Counted from the first letter of the stretch, positions 1-7,199 are shown. The stretch: DNA of 7,201 bases from Deinococcus radiodurans R1 = ATCC 13939 = DSM 20539 (GCF_000008565.1 NC_000959.1:598-7798); one strand, 5' to 3'. Notes: a model not told the origin generated them from the sequence alone. Numbers and translations are program-made.

Positions 1-127
1 ACGTTTTCTTTTCCACCGCGGTTACGTTTACAGCCACTTCATTCTGCCTGAAGGCAGTCCGGTTACAGGCAACCCGTCATCTCCTACTCCTACGGAACGG
101 TGGAATGCCGAATGGAAGCCGTACATT

Positions 128-1354
128 ATGTCACATCTTGTGCGCCTAGAGGACATTTCTCTCACCGGAATACCTGATGATGAACTGGGGCGTCTACTGC
201 AGGAAATAATTGAGCTGTGCGGATATGCCTGGGATGTCCACCACCGGCTCACCTATCCGGAAGTTGAAGCGTTCTACAACTGGTGCCGTATCAATATCGC
301 CGGAGTGACGAACGAAGAACTTCACGAGTTATTTCTTGGTCAGGATTTCCTCTCTTTAAGGCAAGCGCGTGGCTTTTGGAAACTGGCACATATTGCGTCC
401 TCGCTGACAGAGGGTTGCGTTGAGGAAGACTCTGATTGGGCAACACAACCACAGTTCCTTGCCGAGCTAAGTCAGTTCGTCTCTAAACATGGCCTATACC
501 TTACAACGTACTGCGATATCGGCCGTCCTTCCTGGGAAGAGGATCCTTCTGCAATCGTAGCCATAGTGAAGCGTTACATGGCAGCAAATCTGCCTGACCC
601 CTCCCTGCGAATCGAGCAACAGATCTTAAAACGCCAAGAACGATGTCAGGTACTTTCGGCGGCTTTACCAATCGACAAGCGGCCCGAATTTGATCGGCTG
701 TACCTCAGTGCGTTTTCGAGCCTGCATTTGCGTGAAGACCACGTCGAGTGGATAGAGCAGCGCCCTCTGGCGTTGCTCAGACGTGTCTGCAAGGCTTTTG
801 GCATCCGGTTGCACGCTCTTGGACTGATTGAAGACCCATTGGACTGCGCGTACTTTACGTTGACAGAACTGTACCAATTTGCGTGCGGCATTTCGATCGC
901 CCAGGCTCTAAGGGAACTCCCTGCTCGGAAGAGCAGTTACGAAAGTGACTTGAAGTTCAAACCTCCTAGATTTATCCGAGAAGCGCCACGTTCCAGTCCT
1001 GATGATGTCTCGAAGCTGTTGAAGGGCATGGGAATATCACGTGGAACAGTCAGCGGTCGCGTCTGCTCAGTACGTTCCGTGGGGGAAGCGTTTGAGAAGT
1101 TATCTTGGGGAGACATTCTGGTCTGCCCCGAAATCGGGCCTGACTGGACACCCTTGTTCTCTATCGCCGGAGGGCTGGTAATAGAATCATTTGCGGGCGG
1201 AATGCTGTCGCATGCGGCTCTGGTGGCACGTGAATACCGAATTCCCGCAATCCTTGGAATCAAGAGTGCCTGCTCGCTCCTTGATGGTCGATACGTGGAC
1301 TTGGATGGGACAACCGGTTTAGTGGAGATAGGGAGACGCTTTGAATCAATGTGA
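128..1354 (+). CDS. PEP-utilising enzyme family protein. An uncharacterised N-terminal region (~300 aa) is fused to a C-terminal phospho-histidine swivel (mobile) domain. It resembles the C-terminal part of rifampin-phosphotransferase/PEP-synthase-like dikinases but has no ATP-grasp domain in this ORF.
   Basis: 408-aa ORF. The last ~100 aa (GISRGTVSGRV...GDILVCPEIGPDWTPLF...GGMLSHAALVAREYRIPAILGI...DGTTGLVEI) fit the PEP-utilizers mobile-domain pattern, including the phospho-acceptor His (His362, codon 1211-1213). The segment FKPPRFI...LKGMGIS upstream of it is arranged as in RPH-like proteins. A weak SD (GGAAG, 114-118) lies 9 nt before ATG 128. Caveat: the frame has no stop codon back to nt 2, so the gene may be 5'-partial and start outside the window. 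Confidence 0.8.
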   Translation: MSHLVRLEDISLTGIPDDELGRLLQEIIELCGYAWDVHHRLTYPEVEAFYNWCRINIAGVTNEELHELFLGQDFLSLRQARGFWKLAHIASSLTEGCVEEDSDWATQPQFLAELSQFVSKHGLYLTTYCDIGRPSWEEDPSAIVAIVKRYMAANLPDPSLRIEQQILKRQERCQVLSAALPIDKRPEFDRLYLSAFSSLHLREDHVEWIEQRPLALLRRVCKAFGIRLHALGLIEDPLDCAYFTLTELYQFACGISIAQALRELPARKSSYESDLKFKPPRFIREAPRSSPDDVSKLLKGMGISRGTVSGRVCSVRSVGEAFEKLSWGDILVCPEIGPDWTPLFSIAGGLVIESFAGGMLSHAALVAREYRIPAILGIKSACSLLDGRYVDLDGTTGLVEIGRRFESM

Positions 1355-2204
1355 TGATTGCAAAAACTCACTTTTATGCGACAGTGGTTGTTTACCTTCA
1401 ATACTCCCACTAGAGTTGGTCGATCGCACAATGCTAGAACGAGTGGGTGGAAAAGCAGCAAATCTTGGAGAAATAGCTGGGATGGGATTTGAGATCCCAA
1501 ACGGATGTGTAATTACTATTGACGTTTTCGATGCTGCACTCAATGCAGTATCGTTACCAGTGGGAGGCAAGCGATACGGCTTTAGCTTTATGAATCTTCA
1601 CTTCCCGCAAGATCTTTATCCACATCTCAAGGAGTGGGCAGAGCGACTGGCTGGGCCCGTAGCGGTGCGTTCCTCTGCTGTTTTCGAAGATTCTGACCAG
1701 GCTTCGTACGCTGGCCAACTCTCCAGCATTCTTAATGTAGAGGGTTTTGACCAAATCGTCGTAGCCGTCGAAGAATGTTGGCACTCTATCTTTGGACAGC
1801 GTGTTAAGACGTACAGCAAGTTACATAACGATGGGATTGATAGGTTACGGATGGCCGTAATCGTGCAGGAACAGGTCTTTCCCAAAGCTGCTGGGGTAAT
1901 GTTCACCGCGCACCCGATCACTGGTAATCCTGAACACACTGTAATCGAAGCGGTAAGCGGCATCGGGAATAAACTTGTTGATGGAGTCGGCACACCTAAT
2001 CACTGGGTTATCGATAGAAATTCTCGTGAGGTGATTGAATCACACATTTTCAATTATGTAGATGTGTCTGAGGCTGAGTTGAAGGCCCTTCACGACCTCG
2101 GCATCAAAGTCCAAACTCTTTTCGGAAAACCCCAGGACATTGAATGGGCACTGAAAGATGGAAAACCTTTGGTCTTGCAGTGCCGTCCAATCACATCCAT
2201 GTAG
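1341..2204 (+). CDS. Stand-alone PEP/pyruvate-binding (PPDK_N) ATP-grasp nucleotide-binding domain protein, the likely partner subunit of the upstream swivel-domain protein.
   Basis: 287-aa ORF carrying the family motifs VGGKAANLGE, VAVRSSAVFEDS..SYAGQ..S.LNV, MAVIVQEQV...AGVMFTAHPITG...VIEAVSGIGNKLVDG and DIEWALKDGKPLVLQCRPIT. TTG start at 1341 is preceded by SD GGGAG (1331-1335, 5-nt spacer). It overlaps the ORF1 stop (1352-1354) by 14 nt. The alternative start ATG 1431 has no good SD. Confidence 0.85.
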   Translation: MNQCDDCKNSLLCDSGCLPSILPLELVDRTMLERVGGKAANLGEIAGMGFEIPNGCVITIDVFDAALNAVSLPVGGKRYGFSFMNLHFPQDLYPHLKEWAERLAGPVAVRSSAVFEDSDQASYAGQLSSILNVEGFDQIVVAVEECWHSIFGQRVKTYSKLHNDGIDRLRMAVIVQEQVFPKAAGVMFTAHPITGNPEHTVIEAVSGIGNKLVDGVGTPNHWVIDRNSREVIESHIFNYVDVSEAELKALHDLGIKVQTLFGKPQDIEWALKDGKPLVLQCRPITSM

Positions 2205-2396
2205 ATGTCGACATGGTTCTGTCAACTTTGTGTGTTGCGCTAAGCCGTGGGAAGCTGGGCGTGTCACTCCCACTCGGGCCAATAAACCTGCTGGCAACTT
2301 CGATCCTCAAGATCGTGGATAAAATCGTGGTCGGCCCGAGACCCTTTTAATCAGACGCGACAGTATGAATCGGACACCAAGCCTGCACGCAAATTA

Positions 2397-2421
2397 TTGA
2401 CTCCGGCACGACTTGGAGACG
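2397..2421 (+). repeat. IS630 left terminal inverted repeat (IRL).
   Basis: TTGACTCCGGCACGACTTGGAGACG compared with the reverse complement of 3436-3460, TTGACTCCGGCTTAGGTTGGAGACG. The first 11 and last 9 positions are identical and the central 5 differ. Confidence 0.85.
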
Positions 2422-2908
2422 CGAGGTAAACTTAGGAGGTGCTGCGCGTCTGGCGACCCTCCACTTTGACTCGTGACCAGCTGGAAGAACGACGGCTGTA
2501 TGCTCAGCAGCTCCTCGCCGCAGTGAGGTCAATGCCAAGGAGATCGCGGCTTCGGTCGGCGTTTCCGAAAGTACAGTCCGCACCTGGAAACAGCGTCTCC
2601 GAGAACGAGGCAGCCTCCAGGCCACCCGAGCGGCTGGGCCTTCACCGCGCCTGAGGCCAGAACAGCGCACGCAACTGGGGGAGATCCTGCGCGCAGGACC
2701 GCTGGCCGCCGGTTATCCCGACGCGCGTTGGACGACCTCCCGCGTGCGGGAGGTCATTGGCCTGCAATTTGAGGTGTGGTACCACGCCGATCACGTCAGG
2801 AAGTTGCTTCACCAGCTTGGCTTCAGTCCTCAGAAGCCAGAATCGCGTGCCTTGGAACGCGATGAGCAGGCGGTTCAGACCTGGGTCGAGCAGACGCTCC
2901 CCAGCTTG

Positions 2909-2917
2909 AAAAAAAAA
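2909..2917 (+). promoter_or_regulatory. A9 slippery homopolymer at the HTH/DDE junction of the IS630 transposase, a candidate recoding or transcriptional-slippage site.
   Basis: ttg-AAAAAAAAA-ggttga. The upstream frame stops at TGA 2921-2923. An A8 version would fuse LKKK to VEQGMTLVFLDESGF in one frame. Confidence 0.6.
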
Positions 2918-2930
2918 GGTTGAGCAGGGT

Positions 2931-3449
<519 letters not shown>

Positions 3450-3814
3450 GCCGGAGTCAATAACGTCGATTGAACCAGGGCTTAACCTAGAGAAGGCCCG
3501 ATTTTCCGCCATTTGCGATGAGTAATTTATGAGTCACCAAGAATCGTGCGAGAATGAGAGTTTGTGCAACGAATTTGGAGCGCTGATGCCAACAGCTTTT
3601 TGGGCTTGCAAAACTCTGTTGCACAACCGAAATCAATGGCAATTGGGTATTGCAAGCATCTAAAAAATGTGATTTGAGTTACTAGGGGAATATTTCGCAC
3701 GAACTCGATTGCGTTGGTAAATGGGGTACCGCGAGAGTAGGAACCAAAATCTGCGCTAAGGAGATATTCCTGCTGTAACTGTCATTATTACAGGATTTTT
3801 TCACAGAAGGCCTG

Positions 3815-3892
3815 ATGGAAACGGCAACGACTGGCACGGTATTTTGCTTGTCTTTAATACTTATCGCAGGAAAGACCGTACGTGTCAGTTAG
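3815..3892 (+). CDS. Hypothetical 25-aa hydrophobic peptide (METATTGTVFCLSLILIAGKTVRVS). Speculative.
   Basis: ATG 3815 is preceded by AGAAGG (3805-3810, 4-nt spacer). There is a single hydrophobic stretch, VFCLSLILIAG. It lies in otherwise non-coding DNA. No homology was recognised, and an ORF this short can easily arise by chance. Confidence 0.15.
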   Translation: METATTGTVFCLSLILIAGKTVRVS

Positions 3893-4165
3893 GCAAACGC
3901 CAGTCTCGTGCATGAGTGAGAAAAGATCCGTCTGGAACGGCGAATTCTGGCAGCTAAATCTCTTAGCGCAGGTTCCTGTTCTTACTCTCACGTCAGGCCA
4001 TTTCTTACTAAAAATTGCGAAGGTGTCAGAGACCCCGGCAAGCAGGATACAAGTGTAGCGAAGTAACCCAAAACTTGCAATGACTGACAATGAACTCGCT
4101 ATTCCAAAATATGGCGCATATCACTGTTAGCTTTGCATAGACTCTCAGGCAACCCCTGCACTGTG

Positions 4166-4723
4166 TCAGCTTTTTAGAGCCTCATAAAGCGTATCCCTGT
4201 TCACCCCCAGCTCACGGGCAAGAACCGTCTTTTTTTCCCCAGCAGCCACCCTTGCCCGGAGTTGTTCAACCTGCTCAGGGGTCAGCGCCCGTTTGCGGCC
4301 CTTGTACTTCCCGGCCTGCTTTGCTTTAGCGATGCCTTCCCGCTGATTTTCAAGGTTCTGCGCCCGCAGGAACTCGGCCACCGCGCCCAGCATGGTCAGC
4401 AGCAGGGTATTCATCGGGTTGTCCTCACTAGTGAAGACCACGCCTTCGCGCTGGAATTCCACCCGCACCCCGCGCCCCGACAGCTCGGTGACGATACGCC
4501 GCAGGTCGTCCACATTGCGGGCCAGCCTGTCCATCGAGTGAACAATCACGGTATCGCCTTCGCGGACGTAGGCCAGCAGCTCCTGCAATCTGGGCCGTCT
4601 GGCATCCTTGCCTGATGCCTTGTCTTCAAAGATTCTGTCCAGCTCTACACCATCCAACTGACGGGCGGTGTTTTGGTCTGTGGTGGATACCCGGATATAG
4701 CCGACGCGCTGCCCTCTGGTCAT
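4166..4723 (-). CDS. Small serine recombinase (resolvase/invertase family, Tn3/gamma-delta TnpR-like) with a C-terminal HTH.
   Basis: 185 aa from ATG 4721-4723, preceded by SD GAGGG with a 4-nt spacer. Motifs: RVGYIRVSTTDQ (catalytic Ser), SMDRLARN, AEFLRAQNLENQREGIAKAKQAGKYKGRKRAL, and C-terminal HTH KTVLARELGVNRDTLYEAL. The ORF track's longer 206-aa version (to 4786) adds 21 non-conserved residues and overlaps the res-like sites. Confidence 0.92.
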   Translation of the reverse strand: MTRGQRVGYIRVSTTDQNTARQLDGVELDRIFEDKASGKDARRPRLQELLAYVREGDTVIVHSMDRLARNVDDLRRIVTELSGRGVRVEFQREGVVFTSEDNPMNTLLLTMLGAVAEFLRAQNLENQREGIAKAKQAGKYKGRKRALTPEQVEQLRARVAAGEKKTVLARELGVNRDTLYEALKS

Positions 4724-4737
4724 GCTGCCCTCTATTT

Positions 4738-4866
4738 TGTCGGGATAGGGTTTAGAGTTGCCCCGACATATGTCGGAATATAGCAAAATGGATTCTATTC
4801 CGACACTCGGATGCCGATTTCATCAGGAGGCTTGCTTGTCGGGAATGGGTATACCTCAGAACGACA
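4738..4866. promoter_or_regulatory. Putative res site: three resolvase-binding subsites, each an inverted pair of TGTCG half-sites.
   Basis: Half-sites: TGTCGGGATA (4738-4747, +), TGTCGGGGCA (4759-4768, -), TGTCGGAATA (4771-4780, +), TGTCGGAATA (4796-4805, -), TGTCGGGAAT (4837-4846, +), TGTCGTTCTG (4857-4866, -). Pairs span 31, 35 and 30 bp. The pair farthest from the resolvase gene is centred on AT (4851-4852) within the palindrome GGTATACC. This compares with Tn3/gamma-delta res, which has three subsites of 28, 34 and 25 bp, a TGTCY-type half-site, site I distal to tnpR and crossover at a central AT. Confidence 0.6.
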
Positions 4867-4873
4867 AAAGGAT

Positions 4874-5608
4874 TTACCTCACTGTGCCAAGCAGGCGGCT
4901 CACATTTTCTTTCACGATTCGTTCTACCTCGCTGGCGGGAATTTGCCAAATCTTGCTCAGTCCTTCTACCACCGATTTGACGTCCCAAGGAAGCGCAGCC
5001 TGCCCATCAAGTTCGAGGAATGGCCCATCCGTTTCGGTCAACACTCGATCCCTTGGCATAGACCGGATTAAAGCTGCACCTTTTTGGGTTCTCACCATGG
5101 TGGGACCTACTGAAAACCAACACCCCAGGGAAATGGCCCGGCGCAGTTCTGTAACCGAGCCCGAGTACCAATGCAGGATGGGGGTACCGCTGCGTGGGTT
5201 GGCCTCGAGACAGTTCAAGACCTCGCTCTCAGCGCGGCGGCTATGAATAGAGAGGATTCGGCCTCCATGATCCTCGCAGCGGCGCAGGATGTGCTGAAAG
5301 ACAGCGAACTGCTGAGTCCAGGTGCCACGCAAGCTGGGACTGCCGTCGAGCCCTACTTCTCCCACGAAGCGTGTTTCGGGAAGATAACGGTCAAACCATG
5401 GGAGATCGGCAGCTCGTTCGCTCACCACCTCAGGATGAAAGCCCAGGGCAGTCCACACGTGCGGACGCCCAGCGGCCAAAGCCAGAGTTCCCCGCCACGC
5501 AGCTGGCGTCGTTGTAACCGAAAGGACAGTGAGTTGCCTCTCTTCGCATGCCCGGGCCACGGCCACAGGGTCTGGATACAGATCTAGGTGAACGTGAAAG
5601 TCAATCAT
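4874..5608 (-). CDS. qatD: TatD-family metal-dependent DNase/hydrolase; QatD of a Qat anti-phage system.
   Basis: 244 aa with TatD signature positions: MIDFHVHLD (HxH), GEVGLD, ILSIHSR, ILHWYSGS, CWFSVG, LTETDGPF. The start ATG 5606-5608 overlaps the stop of the upstream QueC-like gene (ATGA). The order QueC-like gene then TatD gene matches qatC-qatD. Confidence 0.85.
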   Translation of the reverse strand: MIDFHVHLDLYPDPVAVARACEERQLTVLSVTTTPAAWRGTLALAAGRPHVWTALGFHPEVVSERAADLPWFDRYLPETRFVGEVGLDGSPSLRGTWTQQFAVFQHILRRCEDHGGRILSIHSRRAESEVLNCLEANPRSGTPILHWYSGSVTELRRAISLGCWFSVGPTMVRTQKGAALIRSMPRDRVLTETDGPFLELDGQAALPWDVKSVVEGLSKIWQIPASEVERIVKENVSRLLGTVR

Positions 5609-6876
5609 GGCACCTTTAGGAGGCGGTGAAGTGCCCCCAACTCCTCCATAGAACGCTTCACCATAGCCTCCATTGCTGCCCGGTCGCCGATTCGCCGGTC
5701 ACTCAAGGAAGCTCCCAAAAACCGCTGCACACCTTCTTGCTCCACGGTGATGATCGCCAAGGCCAAGGAGCGGACATCATCGAAGAGTGCGTGGCTGTCG
5801 TCATTCTGGCCTAGAGGATAGAAGACATATTCCGTGCGGTCTGGCTGGCCCCAGGCGAGGAAGGCCGCCCGACGAACCTGACATGGGATGCACCGACCAC
5901 AGTGCTTATAACCGAATCGTCGATAACGACCACAACTGGTTGTGGCGCTCGCCCAGCGGCTCAGCACGGTCTGATTTGCGCATTCTGTGAGCATTTCGCC
6001 CTTCGTCTTGAGGGCATACGGGTTGATCAGCGCTACGTTGAGGCCCACAGCTTGTAGGACTGCTTGAAGCTGTTGCAAGAAGACGGGATGGGCTGTCCGG
6101 GTACTCAAACTGCCGATGCGCATGGGTGTCAGAGGGGGATTCAGGGCAATAAACCCATTCTCATTGATATATATCGGCACTGCCCGTGCCTGCTGAAAAC
6201 GTGTCGTGGCAGTGGCCGCTAAAACCGCATACGCCAAGAAGATCAGCGTCCGTGAACGTTGTGAGTCCTCGCCTGGGGTCGGGCATTCAGCCGCGTGATT
6301 CAGTTGCAGATGGGTCGTGCGGCCAAGGTCAGTGGCGATCTCCCTTTGCTTAGCGGCGTCTCCTGCGACCAGTTGACTCACGGCAAGGGGATTGTGCCCT
6401 TCAGCCACTAGGTCGATCATCCCTACCAAACTGTCCAATCCCCCTGAGAGCAAGGCCACGCAGTCTTCAATAAGCGGGCCAATAGGTTCTTTAGGTTGGT
6501 ACTGGTATCCGCCTGGGCTGAACGTGATGCTCCAGCGATCCGTCGTCAGGTAGGCGAGCGCCTCTTCCAGCGCCCGGGCTTGAGCATTCCATAGGTCAGC
6601 ATCTGTTACAGAGATGGTTAAGGACAGTTCACGCGTCCACCCATCTGGGCTTTCGCTCCTGGGAGAGGAAAGATCCGCAGCTAAAACGGACAGCGTAAAG
6701 CTCAGAAAATCCCAGGATTGGCTCGGAATCGGCCACCTCTTTCGAATCACCGCTTCCCGGAGGCTGGCACCGATGCCGACTTGATGAGTGTTCAGTCGTC
6801 GGCCATAGAGAGCAACAATTGTTGACCCGTTCGAGACCGCTGCGGGTGGGTTGGGGGTACACAGGAAATGTCTCAT
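5605..6876 (-). CDS. qatC: QueC-like PP-loop ATPase (7-cyano-7-deazaguanine synthase-like) with a ~130-aa N-terminal extension; QatC of a Qat anti-phage system.
   Basis: 423 aa. PP-loop motif SGGLDS at residues 144-149 (nt 6430-6447). QueC-type zinc cluster C315-x10-C326-x2-C329-x2-C332 (nt 5881-5934). ATGA overlaps with both the upstream and downstream genes. A TatD gene lies immediately downstream. Confidence 0.8.
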   Translation of the reverse strand: MRHFLCTPNPPAAVSNGSTIVALYGRRLNTHQVGIGASLREAVIRKRWPIPSQSWDFLSFTLSVLAADLSSPRSESPDGWTRELSLTISVTDADLWNAQARALEEALAYLTTDRWSITFSPGGYQYQPKEPIGPLIEDCVALLSGGLDSLVGMIDLVAEGHNPLAVSQLVAGDAAKQREIATDLGRTTHLQLNHAAECPTPGEDSQRSRTLIFLAYAVLAATATTRFQQARAVPIYINENGFIALNPPLTPMRIGSLSTRTAHPVFLQQLQAVLQAVGLNVALINPYALKTKGEMLTECANQTVLSRWASATTSCGRYRRFGYKHCGRCIPCQVRRAAFLAWGQPDRTEYVFYPLGQNDDSHALFDDVRSLALAIITVEQEGVQRFLGASLSDRRIGDRAAMEAMVKRSMEELGALHRLLKVP

Positions 6877-7199
6877 CCCTTTGCAAACACCTCCATGGTT
6901 AGTTCAAGAGCGCGTTGCGTGACGGCCTGCACGCTTGGAGCAGTAATTGCCTGTCCCTGGCGGCGCAACTCATCGAAGGCACCAGAGACGGTCGCTTGGA
7001 CGTAGTCCCGTGCTTGACGTAGCCGATCTGTCAGCATCAAGGCACTTACTCCCTGTTGCCTAAGCGCCTGGCCGACATCGAGTTCGATGTGGAAGAAGAC
7101 GTCTTGTGCTACGTACAGTTCTACGACTAGCTCGAGCTGGTCAGCAGTTAATGCAAGCAGGTCGGCCTGTGGGTGTTGGATCAGCAGTTCGGACAGCGC
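6873..7199 (-). CDS. 3' end (108 codons plus stop) of a gene truncated by the window edge. It occupies the qatB position upstream of qatC.
   Basis: Open minus-strand frame from 7199 to TGA 6873-6875, translating as ALSELLIQHPQADLLALTADQLELVVELYVAQDVFFHIELDVGQALRQQGVSALMLTDRLRQARDYVQATVSGAFDELRRQGQAITAPSVQAVTQRALELTMEVFAKG. It is not in the ORF track because its start lies outside the window. Its stop overlaps the qatC ATG (ATGA). The QatB identity is positional inference only; I recognise no motif. Confidence 0.6.
   Translation of the reverse strand, partial: ALSELLIQHPQADLLALTADQLELVVELYVAQDVFFHIELDVGQALRQQGVSALMLTDRLRQARDYVQATVSGAFDELRRQGQAITAPSVQAVTQRALELTMEVFAKG

Noticed and set aside
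2197-2216. Hairpin CCATGT-N8-ACATGG at the end of ORF2, considered as an intrinsic terminator. Similar weak candidates lie at 3478-3507 (GGGC..GCCC followed by TTTT) and 3773-3801 (CTGTAA..TTACAG followed by T6).
   Set aside because: The stems are only 4-6 bp and mostly AT-rich or bulged, and the 2197 hairpin lacks a T-tract. That is too weak to annotate as terminators without free-energy calculation or transcript data.
28-2350. ORF-track entries antisense to or out of frame with the two dikinase genes: 28-252, 646-891, 665-877, 937-1500, 1346-1570, 1554-1784, 1616-1993 and 2040-2297 on the minus strand, plus 2144-2350 on the plus strand.
   Set aside because: All overlap ORFs with strong domain signatures on the + strand. 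Their translations are low-complexity and rich in Ser, Arg and Pro with no recognisable motif, which is typical of shadow ORFs.
3529-3663. 44-aa plus-strand ORF (MSHQESCENESLCNEFGALMPTAFWACKTLLHNRNQWQLGIASI), considered as a possible small Cys-containing peptide or RiPP precursor for the nearby dikinase.
   Set aside because: No SD lies upstream of the ATG. It is separated from the dikinase genes by an IS and more than 1.3 kb. The Cys spacing does not match any motif I know. The inverted repeats inside it fit non-coding DNA equally well.
3685-4036. Two GGGG-initiated sequences resembling Tn3-family terminal IRs: GGGGAATATTTCGCACGAACTCGATTGCGTTGGTAAAT (3685-3722, +) and GGGGTCTCTGACACCTTCGCAATTTTTAGTAAG (reverse complement of about 4004-4036). 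The second begins like the Tn3 IR, GGGGTCTGACGC.
   Set aside because: The two do not match each other, so they do not form a MITE pair. The better Tn3 look-alike points away from the resolvase gene. Neither has the conserved inner ...ACGYTAAG at the expected distance. GGGG plus a few matches is expected by chance. They are worth a BLAST against Tn3-family ends but cannot be supported from the sequence alone.
3854-4090. 78-aa minus-strand ORF (TTG start) in the gene-poor stretch.
   Set aside because: It has a non-ATG start without a convincing SD, no recognisable motif and an odd composition. I treat it as chance, although it cannot be excluded without comparative data.
4724-4786. The longer 206-aa version of the recombinase, starting at ATG 4784-4786.
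   Set aside because: The extra 21 residues (MLYSDICRGNSKPYPDKIEGS) are not part of the resolvase fold, which normally begins a few residues before the catalytic Ser. The internal ATG 4721-4723 has a GAGGG SD, and the extension would overlap the resolvase-binding half-sites.
5605-6876. Alternative reading of the QueC-like gene as housekeeping queC (queuosine biosynthesis) or as Cap9 of type IV CBASS.
   Set aside because: At 423 aa with a ~130-aa N-terminal extension it is far longer than housekeeping QueC (about 220-230 aa). The immediately coupled TatD gene, and the absence of TGT, CD-NTase or queD/queE neighbours in the window, fit Qat best. The unseen upstream genes could still overturn this call.
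4262-6886. ORFs overlapping the resolvase, qatD and qatC genes, either antisense or out of frame. Plus strand: 4262-4615, 4758-5246, 4811-5071, 5171-5587, 5626-5814, 5787-5990. Minus strand: 4752-4988 and 6629-6886.
   Set aside because: These are shadow ORFs opposite to or overlapping well-supported genes and have no motifs. 4758-5246 and 4752-4988 would also run through the res-like array.
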